From: Clostridium sp.
Lineage (GTDB): Bacteria; Bacillota; Clostridia; Lachnospirales; Lachnospiraceae
Direction of reading: 5' to 3'
Assembly: GCA_023664605.1 (NCBI GenBank)
Contig: JAMPFF010000010.1
Span: 13,174-77,173, forward strand
Length of the DNA: 64,000 nucleotides
Under the pieces are notes generated by a model. The model had not been told where the DNA came from. It did no database searches and saw nothing but the letters and a program-made list of their open reading frames with translations. Positions 1-8,253 of this stretch are shown piece by piece (the stretch's first letter is position 1; each line of letters opens with the position of its first letter). Both the position numbers and the translations under genes were made by a program.

Positions 1-1975
1 TATATTTCTCCAATCCATACCATTGACCTAAACGAAGCACCGGGAAACACTCGCCGCGTATCATAATGTATTCTTCGCCGTTCGGCTCGTGAATCATCAT
101 ATCTTCCTTTACGCGGACAAATTCTTTGATTGCGCCTGTCTCCATGACAAAAGAGGAATTTCCTATTTCCATGACGATGCCATCTATAATGGCAAGCGTA
201 AGCGGTATCTTTAAACTCATGACACTGCCGAATCCCTTTTTGCTTTCAATCTCCAATGCGCCGCCGATTGCCTGAATATTCTGCACTACGACATCCATGC
301 CGACGCCACGTCCGGAAATTTCCGTAACAACCTCGTTTGTGGAAAAACCGGGTAATGTGATGAACTGATATACTTCCTTATCGGAATAAGCGCTGTCCGG
401 CTTGTTGTCATCCAAAAGCCCCTGTTTTCTCGCTTTGGCAAGAATCTTTTCTCTGTCAAGACCTGCGCCGTCATCCTCCACGCTAATCCATACCTTACCG
501 GCTTCCGTCTTTGCCGAAAGCGTTACCTTGCCTTTTTCCGGCTTACCGCTCTCTAAACGCTCCTCCTTGGTTTCAATACCGTGGTCTACCGAGTTTCTGA
601 CGATGTGCATCAACGGGTCTGAAATATGCTCGATGATATTCTTATCCACCTCGGTCTGCTCGCCGACCATAATAAACTCGATATCCTTGCCAAGCTTTCT
701 GGAAACGTCGAATACGATACGATTCATCTTCTGGAACGTATTGGCAAGCGGAACCATACGCATCGACATAATAACGTTTTGTAAGTCGGTGGAGTTTTTG
801 GATAACTGCGCCGCCGCCTTATTGAAGTTATCCAGGTTTAACCCCGGCACTTTCAAATCGGCGCTCTGCAGTACCATGGACTCTGATATAACAAGCTCTC
901 CAATCAAATCCATCAACTGGTCCATCTTTCTTACGTCTACGCTGATAAAGGAAGCTTTCTCTCCCTTAGGCTTATCCTTTGCCAGTTTCTTCTGCTTGCC
1001 GGGTTCTTTCGATTTAATAACGAAATCACCGGGCGCAATAGCAGGTTTTTCAGGTTTCTTTTCTTCTTTGGCTGCTCCGTCCGCTCCCTGCGTTCTCGCG
1101 TCTATCTCTTCCACGCTCGCATCAAGGTCGATTACCGGAGCGGTTGCAATGACGTCGTCATGCTCGCCGAAATCAAAGCCCTGTAAAAATTCCTCCGCTT
1201 TACACTCATAGATGTCTACCTTGTCGATATCGTATCCGACGCCGACAATCCGTCTGATATCCTCTTCGCTGCACTGTGCCTGTAATAAAATCTTAAATCC
1301 TTCTTTCAGGATTATCTCCGCACAGTCCGGGTCGGAAATGATATCCTCCGGAGAATACAGTAAATCTTCTGCAATCTCCTTTAAGGCGTATACAACTTTG
1401 TAAGCGTGTACATTCGCCATTTCCGTTTCCGGGAAAAAGGAAACATAAATCTTGTAAAAGTGGCTTGCGCTCGTGGCAACCGGCGCGATATAAAACTGCT
1501 TCGGTTCCTCGTGCTTATTAGCGGGCGGCTCTTCTCCTTTTTTCTTGCCTCCCTTGCCGCTGCCGCCGCCCTTGATTTTCTCTAAGAATTCATCAAGGCG
1601 TGCGACAATCTCTCCGGACTCTCCGTCCGCCGGGTCGCCGTTGCGGATTTTTTCCATTTCGCCTGAAATAAAATCCTCTACCTCCAATACATGGTCCACT
1701 AATTCCAAGTGGGGTACATTTTCGGGATGGGATTCCCTCAGATAGTAGAAAACATCCTCAAGCTTGTGCGCTACAGCCGTTATCTCATCGAACATCATAA
1801 TGCCCGAAGAGCCTTTAATCGTATGCATGGTTCTGAATATTTCATTGATGCTGTCCTCATCGAAGCTGTCCGCATCTTTCTGGTCGAGAACCATTTCCTG
1901 AAGCTGCTCTAATAACTGTCCGTTCTCAAACAGGTACATATCCAGCATACCGTCTGTACTAAATTCTTCCGCCAT
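1..1975 (-). CDS. cheA: Chemotaxis histidine kinase CheA (partial, runs off the left window edge)
   Basis: Not in the ORF track (no stop in window). Manual translation from ATG at 1975: MAEEFSTDGMLDMYLFE...HTIKGSS (P1 His), DPLMHIVRNSVDHG (N box), EDDGAGLD, PGFST, SGRGVGMDVV, then start of a CheW-like domain (KIPLTLAIIDG). Confidence 0.95.
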   Translation of the reverse strand, partial: MAEEFSTDGMLDMYLFENGQLLEQLQEMVLDQKDADSFDEDSINEIFRTMHTIKGSSGIMMFDEITAVAHKLEDVFYYLRESHPENVPHLELVDHVLEVEDFISGEMEKIRNGDPADGESGEIVARLDEFLEKIKGGGSGKGGKKKGEEPPANKHEEPKQFYIAPVATSASHFYKIYVSFFPETEMANVHAYKVVYALKEIAEDLLYSPEDIISDPDCAEIILKEGFKILLQAQCSEEDIRRIVGVGYDIDKVDIYECKAEEFLQGFDFGEHDDVIATAPVIDLDASVEEIDARTQGADGAAKEEKKPEKPAIAPGDFVIKSKEPGKQKKLAKDKPKGEKASFISVDVRKMDQLMDLIGELVISESMVLQSADLKVPGLNLDNFNKAAAQLSKNSTDLQNVIMSMRMVPLANTFQKMNRIVFDVSRKLGKDIEFIMVGEQTEVDKNIIEHISDPLMHIVRNSVDHGIETKEERLESGKPEKGKVTLSAKTEAGKVWISVEDDGAGLDREKILAKARKQGLLDDNKPDSAYSDKEVYQFITLPGFSTNEVVTEISGRGVGMDVVVQNIQAIGGALEIESKKGFGSVMSLKIPLTLAIIDGIVMEIGNSSFVMETGAIKEFVRVKEDMMIHEPNGEEYIMIRGECFPVLRLGQWYGLEKY

Positions 1976-2022
1976 CTTCTTCTCCTTTCCTGCATATTCT
2001 AAGTAAGTTCCTTTGTTAAATC

Positions 2023-2415
2023 CTAAATCAGGTTGAGTTTCTTCAAAGCTGTCTCAAATTTTTCCTGGTCGATGGGCTTGCCGGAATAGATTGTACATCC
2101 CAGTTCAAACGCCATTTTTACATTTGCTTCATCATTGAGCGCCGTCGTCATAATGACCTTAACCGCTTTATCTTCCGGTATGTTTCTTTCTTTTTCCAGA
2201 TTGCGGATACCTACAAGCGACTGATAGCCGTCCATGACAGGCATCATGATATCAAGACATATCAAGTCGTAAGGTTCCCCATCCTCCAACGCCATCATAA
2301 ATGCGTCCACTGCTTCCATACCGTCCACGGTTACATCGCACTCACCGTACTTTGACAGGAAATTCACCATGAATTTTCGTGTCGCAAAATCATCTTCGGC
2401 TAATAGAATCTTCAT
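2023..2415 (-). CDS. Single-domain response regulator (CheY-like)
   Basis: ILLAEDD, LICLDIMMP (phospho-Asp), IMTTA, GKP; lies between cheB and cheA. Confidence 0.85.
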   Translation of the reverse strand: MKILLAEDDFATRKFMVNFLSKYGECDVTVDGMEAVDAFMMALEDGEPYDLICLDIMMPVMDGYQSLVGIRNLEKERNIPEDKAVKVIMTTALNDEANVKMAFELGCTIYSGKPIDQEKFETALKKLNLI

Positions 2416-2427
2416 ATCCTTTCTCCT

Positions 2428-3462
2428 TTACATTTTATTTAATAACGCATATGTCCGTCCAGCGATATCACCCAGTTTTTCCTGATATTCCACCGCTCCC
2501 AAATCATAAGCGACTTTGGGCATTCCATAAACCACGCAGGTCGATTCATCCTGTCCGATTGTCCTCGCTCCGGCTCTTCGCATGGATAAAAGTCCCTTAC
2601 CGCCGTCGCCTCCCATGCCGGTTAGGATAATTCCCACCGCATCACGTCCGGCGCATTTTGCCACCGATTCAAACAGTACCTCTACCGACGGACAGTGTCC
2701 GTTTACTCTGGGGCCTTCTTTTATTTCGACATGATAGGCGCCGTTTACTTTAATCAGACGCATATGTCTGTCTCCGCCGGGTGCAATCAACATATGCCCC
2801 GGAAGCACCCTGTCGCCGTTCTCCGCCTCTTTTACCGAAATCCGGCACTGGTCGTTAAGCCTTTTGGCATACATTTCCGTAAACTTGGGCGGCATGTGCT
2901 GTACACAGACAATACCCGGTATATCGGTTCCATAATCCTTGACAACGGAATAAATTGCTTCCGTTCCGCCTGTCGAAGCGCCGATTGCCACGATTAAATC
3001 CTTCTTCTGTATGGACGGATGCGGCGCTGCTTCTTGCTGCATCATCACCGTCTTTTTAATATTGCTGATTTTTGCCGTCGAAGCGATTTTAATTTTTACC
3101 AAAAGTTCGTTTTTGATAAAATCCTCCAACTGCGCACGGTTCGACACTGACGGTTTCGCCACAAAATCGACCGCGCCGGCATTCATCGCGTCGAATACTT
3201 TATCGCTCAGGGCGCTGATTACAACGACCGGAAGCGGATACTGCGGTATCAATTTACGGAGGAAATCGATTCCGTTCATCCTTGGAAGTTCCACGTCCAG
3301 AGTCATGACATCCGGTTTATGCGCCAGAATCAGGTCTCTTGCCTCAAAAGGGTCTTTCGCCGTCGCTACAATCTTTATCGCCGGGTCTTTCCCCAGATTC
3401 TGAACCAAAAGCTCCCTGAATACGATGGAATCCTCCACAATTAATACTTTAATTGGCTGCAT
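2428..3462 (-). CDS. cheB: Chemotaxis methylesterase CheB (REC + esterase)
   Basis: Likely start MQPIKVLIVEDS at 3462; AIGASTGG, VQHMP, HCPSVEVLF, ILTGMGGDG, QDESTCVVYGMP. Confidence 0.95.
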   Translation of the reverse strand: MQPIKVLIVEDSIVFRELLVQNLGKDPAIKIVATAKDPFEARDLILAHKPDVMTLDVELPRMNGIDFLRKLIPQYPLPVVVISALSDKVFDAMNAGAVDFVAKPSVSNRAQLEDFIKNELLVKIKIASTAKISNIKKTVMMQQEAAPHPSIQKKDLIVAIGASTGGTEAIYSVVKDYGTDIPGIVCVQHMPPKFTEMYAKRLNDQCRISVKEAENGDRVLPGHMLIAPGGDRHMRLIKVNGAYHVEIKEGPRVNGHCPSVEVLFESVAKCAGRDAVGIILTGMGGDGGKGLLSMRRAGARTIGQDESTCVVYGMPKVAYDLGAVEYQEKLGDIAGRTYALLNKM

Positions 3463-3466
3463 ACCT

Positions 3467-4288
3467 CTAATTTCCCTCCCTCTTTCTAAAGATAGATGGC
3501 TGTATAATCTGGAACGGCGTACTGCCTCTGTCGATTGTTTCCGTCGTACCGATAAAGAAATACCCTCCAGGCACCATCGCATCATATATTCTCTGCACCA
3601 AATCGCGCTTTGTGTTATCGTCGAAATATATCATAACATTACGCAAAAACACAACATGCAGCGGTTTTTTAAAAGGAAGCGGATCCATTAAGTTGAACTT
3701 TCTATAAATCACTTCCTGCTTTAATTCATCCGTCACCTGATACTGGCTGCCGCCCGCAACCGACTTAAAAAAGTGCCTTTTCCACTGCTCCGGCAGTTTT
3801 TGAAGCTGCTCCGCGCTGTATACTCCCAACATCGCCTGCTGCAGGGCTTTGGTGGAAATATCCGTCGCCAGTATTTTCTTATCCCACTGATTTTTTTCAA
3901 GTCCGAAAAAATCGGATAAGACCATTGCTATCATATAGGGTTCTTCTCCTGTGGAAGCCGCACCGCACCAGATACGCAAATCCTTGTTTCTTTCTTCTTT
4001 CGTTCTAAGCCAGGGCAGCACTACGTTTCTCATATAATCGAAATGCTCAAATTCCCTCATAAAATAAGTATGGTTCGTTGTCAGGAAATTCACAAGTATT
4101 TTTTCCTGCATCCCTGTCTTATCATGTTCTACTGCGTCCATGAATTCATGATAATTCTTCCAGCCGTTTTTCTTGACATAGTTCTGCAATCTTCCGTTGA
4201 CGATAACTTTCTTCTGACCCAGCTCTATTCCATAACGCTGCTTCATGAACACAGAAATTCTCTGTAGTTCTTCATCTGTAATCATCAT
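3467..4288 (-). CDS. cheR: Chemotaxis methyltransferase CheR
   Basis: TTNHTYFMRE, IWCGAASTGEEPY, ATDIS, FLRNVMIYFD. Confidence 0.95.
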   Translation of the reverse strand: MMITDEELQRISVFMKQRYGIELGQKKVIVNGRLQNYVKKNGWKNYHEFMDAVEHDKTGMQEKILVNFLTTNHTYFMREFEHFDYMRNVVLPWLRTKEERNKDLRIWCGAASTGEEPYMIAMVLSDFFGLEKNQWDKKILATDISTKALQQAMLGVYSAEQLQKLPEQWKRHFFKSVAGGSQYQVTDELKQEVIYRKFNLMDPLPFKKPLHVVFLRNVMIYFDDNTKRDLVQRIYDAMVPGGYFFIGTTETIDRGSTPFQIIQPSIFRKREGN

Positions 4289-4316
4289 CTTTCCATTCCC
4301 CCGAGAAAAATATATC

Positions 4317-5378
4317 TTACTGGAACTGCCTTGCTATCTTACAGCATATTCCGTATATGTCCGGATTAAACTTCACGCCGGACTCGCTTTCCATGCACGC
4401 AAGCGCCTCCTCTCTGCTATGAGCCTCTTTTTCCGTCAAAGACGTATACCGCTCCATCACGGCGACAATCTGTGCCGCCAGCGGAATCTTCTCGCCCTTT
4501 AATCCGTCCGGATATCCGCTGCCATCCCAGTTTTCATGATGATAGTGCGCAATATCAATCGCCGTACTGATAAACTCGTTATAGTCGCTGTTGACGTAAA
4601 GGTCGCTTAAAAGCCTCGCTCCCATATTGGTATGATTCTGCACGATAGCTTTCTCTTCTTCGCTCAGTTCACCCTTTTTCTTTAAAATTTCCACCGGAAC
4701 GCCAATTTTTCCGATATCGCATAAGGGCGTGGCCAATTCTATCGTATCGACATAGGCATCCGAAATTCTGGCCTCAAACAACGGTGAAAGCTGCATACCC
4801 TGCGCTAAAATGCCGCAGTTTCGCTTCAACCGCTCCATATAATCGCTTTCGTAATCGGTATTTTGTATGGCAATATTAGCTAACGCATACAAAATATTCT
4901 TTTTCTCCAGTTCCATCTGCTTTAACTGCTCGCTGACGGAAATCTGCAAACGCCTGTTCATCTCCATCAGTTCGCTCCTGGCTTCATGCAGGCGCAGATG
5001 AACGCCCACACGCGCCTGTACCACTTCCGGTATAAAAGGCTTAGTAATATAATCTTCTCCGCCGATTAAAAATCCCTCTACAATATCCATAGGGTCGTCA
5101 AATGCGGAAATAAAAACAACGGGAATATGATTCGTCGCTTTATCCTTTTTTAAATGCCTGCACAGTTCATAGCCGTCCATTCCCGGCATGGAAATATCGC
5201 TCAATACCAGTTCCGGCAGATTTTCTTTTGCCAGTTTTAGGGCTTCTTCACCGCTTTCGGCCAGAATGGGCGCGCAGCCCATATCTTTGATGATTTCCTC
5301 TAAAACCAGTCTGTTTGTCTCAATATCATCGACAATCAGTACCGTCTCGCCGCCTGCTTTCCTTTTTTCATATTCCAT
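4317..5378 (-). CDS. Response regulator with degenerate HD-GYP domain
   Basis: REC intact (VLIVDD, LSDISMP, KPF). HD replaced by CD (PLCDIGKIG); HHENWDGSGYP kept; the ADxxDAL region reads VMERYTSL. Confidence 0.85.
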   Translation of the reverse strand: MEYEKRKAGGETVLIVDDIETNRLVLEEIIKDMGCAPILAESGEEALKLAKENLPELVLSDISMPGMDGYELCRHLKKDKATNHIPVVFISAFDDPMDIVEGFLIGGEDYITKPFIPEVVQARVGVHLRLHEARSELMEMNRRLQISVSEQLKQMELEKKNILYALANIAIQNTDYESDYMERLKRNCGILAQGMQLSPLFEARISDAYVDTIELATPLCDIGKIGVPVEILKKKGELSEEEKAIVQNHTNMGARLLSDLYVNSDYNEFISTAIDIAHYHHENWDGSGYPDGLKGEKIPLAAQIVAVMERYTSLTEKEAHSREEALACMESESGVKFNPDIYGICCKIARQFQ

Positions 5379-5416
5379 CGGGCGCTATTCCCCCTTTCCT
5401 GCCAAGATACATCTAT

Positions 5417-6853
5417 TTACGCATTTTCCTGTAAAAATTCATTCAACTCTTCATACCCGGCGGTTACTTTCTCATAGCTTTCTTTCTGTACCGCCATCTT
5501 AAGCTTTAAGAGGACACGGCTCACTTCCCTCGGCGCTCCCTGCGTGAGCTGCCTGATTGTCTCCATGAACATTTCCGCTTTTTCCCAATTCTCCATTTCC
5601 ACACACAGAATCAGCTTCGAGAGATTCTTCTTTAACGCCTCCTTATTCTCCGGCGTTCCGTACTGTATCATGTTCTCCGTGTTGTCTTCTTCTTCCTGCG
5701 GCGCCATCGCAAAGAGGTTCGCTCTCGTATTGTCCGGTTCCGGCTGCATTGTTTCTTCGTCCTCACTGACGCCGACCCAGATGGAGAATGAAAACGTGCT
5801 TCCCTTGTTTTTCTCACTCTCCACTTCAATCTTACCGCCCATCAGTTCCGCAAGCTGTTTACAAATATTTAAACCAAGGCCTGTGCCGCCGTATTTTCTG
5901 GAAATAGAGGCGTCCACCTGTGAAAAGCTTTGGAACAGTTTATCCCTGTCCGCCTTGTCGATGCCGATACCCGTATCTTTTACAATAAAGAACAATTCTA
6001 TCTTATCTTTGACCTGCGCCGTCTTTACAACCTCCACCGTAATCTTACCGACCGACGTAAACTTTAAGGCGTTGGATAAAAGATTGTTGAGAATCTGCAT
6101 AATACGCAGTTCATCACCTATAATATGCTCCGGTATCTGCGGCGATACCGTCATGAAAAATCCGATTCCTTTTTCTGTCAGTTTATTAATATGTTGCGAC
6201 CTTGCGTAGTCTAACATATTCCTGAAATTGAACTTTCGCGGCTCTAACGTAAACTTTCCCGCTTCCAGTTTGGAAAAATCAAGAATGTTATTGATGATTT
6301 TATTCATATCGCCGCAGCAGCGTTCAATCAAGCGCAATGACTTTAGAATATGTTCGTCCGTTACTTCATCCAGAAGTTCTCTTGTATTGCCGAGAACGCC
6401 GTTTACCGGGGTGCGCAGTTCATGCGTCACATTCGCGACAAACTCCGATTTTACTTTTAAGGCCTGTTCCGCTTCCTGCTTGACATGGGCAATCTCCCGA
6501 TTCAAATATTCCTTTTCCAGAATGTCGTTTGCCATACAGATATAAGTATTTTGATGACGGCTGCTTTCTATGATTTTAGCTTCTACAGGAAAGCAGGTGA
6601 GATTTTTACGATATGCCACCAATGACTGCAATTCACTTCCAAACTGATAGTCTGTCGTAAAACCGTCCTGTTCCGCCTTAAACGTATTCGGAAAAATATC
6701 ACTGATATATCTGCCGCAGAGTTCATCCGTATATTCCAGCTTCTTTCTGGCGGCGGCATTCGCATATGATATTTTACCCGTCCGGTCAAACACAAAAATC
6801 ATTTCCAACGCATCTTCTATCGGAAATGCTCCATCTTCGTTCCAGTCCATCAT
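5417..6853 (-). CDS. PAS-domain sensor histidine kinase with C-terminal helical tail
   Basis: Likely start MMDWNE at 6853 (GGAGGGG upstream); THELRTP (H box), NLLSNALKFT, DTGIGI, GGTGLGL; no receiver domain. Confidence 0.88.
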   Translation of the reverse strand: MMDWNEDGAFPIEDALEMIFVFDRTGKISYANAAARKKLEYTDELCGRYISDIFPNTFKAEQDGFTTDYQFGSELQSLVAYRKNLTCFPVEAKIIESSRHQNTYICMANDILEKEYLNREIAHVKQEAEQALKVKSEFVANVTHELRTPVNGVLGNTRELLDEVTDEHILKSLRLIERCCGDMNKIINNILDFSKLEAGKFTLEPRKFNFRNMLDYARSQHINKLTEKGIGFFMTVSPQIPEHIIGDELRIMQILNNLLSNALKFTSVGKITVEVVKTAQVKDKIELFFIVKDTGIGIDKADRDKLFQSFSQVDASISRKYGGTGLGLNICKQLAELMGGKIEVESEKNKGSTFSFSIWVGVSEDEETMQPEPDNTRANLFAMAPQEEEDNTENMIQYGTPENKEALKKNLSKLILCVEMENWEKAEMFMETIRQLTQGAPREVSRVLLKLKMAVQKESYEKVTAGYEELNEFLQENA

Positions 6854-6946
6854 ATCCCCTCCACACAATCGCTCAGAACTTTTCTTATACCGAATGGTAA
6901 AAGGCAGCAAAAAAATCAACTTTCTTTGCTGCCTACTATTCATTTT

Positions 6947-8044
6947 TTATGCAAAATCAAACATTTTGATTACTTCCACAATGTTGAAGAAGTCTTCTTT
7001 AGCAAGCGCAAAACATTCCAATACGTCCGGTGCAAACTGTCCGCATTCTCCATTCATAATCATTTCATATGCCATGCTGTTGGCATATGCACTCTTATAT
7101 ACCCTGGGGCTTACCAGCGCGTCATAGACATCCGCGATAGCAACGACCTGTGTATAAATCGGGATTTCATTACCCGACAAGTGGTCGGGATATCCCTTGC
7201 CATCCCATCTTTCATGGTGATAACGGCAGATATCATAAGCGTATCTGTAAAACTCACTGGTCTGATCCTTATAGGATTTTTCCAGTATCTCGCATCCGAT
7301 TGTCGTATGGGTTTTCATAATTTCAAATTCTTCCGACGTTAAACGTGCCGGTTTTAACAAAATTGCATCCGGAATACCAATTTTACCGATATCATGCAGC
7401 GCCGACGCTCTTGTAATCTCGTCAAGCTGTTCCTGCGTAATGCCGTATTTCGGATAATATTTCATCAAATACTTTAACATAATTCTCGTGAAATATTTGA
7501 TTCTTCTCGTATGCTCTCCGGTCTCTGCGCTTCTGGCCTCTACGACCGAGCTTAACGTATCAATCATAAACTCGGAGTTTTCGCGGATTTTCTTCTCCTG
7601 CTGCCTGATTTCTTCTTCCTGCTCTTTCAGGCGCTGCTCCATATGATATTTATGACGGTACAAGTCAATGATATTCTTGCTTCTTCTCTTTACAATATGT
7701 GGATAAAACGGCTTATGTATAACGTCGGCCACACCGTAGGAGTATGCCTGGTCTTCACTGTCCAGCGCGTCCTCGCTTGTAATTAGGATGACCGGAATAT
7801 CTTCCAACAGTTTCTGTTCGTCCATGTACGCCAGTACGCCGAACCCGTCCATAACAGGCATCACGATATCGAGCAGTACCAAAACAATGCGGTCATTGCT
7901 CTTTAACTTGGCAATGGCGTCCTCGCCGTCCTCCGCTTCAATCAGTTCGTACTCACCGTCGCGGAACATTTCTTTCAATATCTCTCTGTTGACCTCTTCA
8001 TCATCAACTATCAGTATTTGTTTTTTCTTTTTTTCCGTATCCAT
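6947..8044 (-). CDS. Response regulator with intact HD-GYP cyclic-di-nucleotide phosphodiesterase domain (RpfG-like)
   Basis: REC (LLDIVMP); ETGEHTRR, ALHDIGKIG, HHERWDGKGYP, IADVYDAL, RVYK. Confidence 0.9.
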   Translation of the reverse strand: MDTEKKKKQILIVDDEEVNREILKEMFRDGEYELIEAEDGEDAIAKLKSNDRIVLVLLDIVMPVMDGFGVLAYMDEQKLLEDIPVILITSEDALDSEDQAYSYGVADVIHKPFYPHIVKRRSKNIIDLYRHKYHMEQRLKEQEEEIRQQEKKIRENSEFMIDTLSSVVEARSAETGEHTRRIKYFTRIMLKYLMKYYPKYGITQEQLDEITRASALHDIGKIGIPDAILLKPARLTSEEFEIMKTHTTIGCEILEKSYKDQTSEFYRYAYDICRYHHERWDGKGYPDHLSGNEIPIYTQVVAIADVYDALVSPRVYKSAYANSMAYEMIMNGECGQFAPDVLECFALAKEDFFNIVEVIKMFDFA

Positions 8045-8253
8045 CCCTTTTCACATCTCCTGCATTATTCTTTTTTGTTTATCTGCCTTAAGTAATCTGT
8101 CATTTTTTCATAAACTGCCACTACTTCTACTGCTAATAAAATAACACCATTTTACCATAATTGTCAACTATATCTGCTTAAAATAAAACAAAAAAATTTT
8201 ATAAAATTTCTGGCATTTTCCGACTTTGTTCGCTATTACGCTATTTTTTGCGC

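Noticed and set aside
286-1912. Several plus-strand ORFs and one short minus-strand ORF in the track over 286-1912
   Set aside because: They are shadows of cheA, whose minus-strand frame is open from 1975 to the window edge. The same applies to most short opposite-strand ORFs inside long genes across the window.
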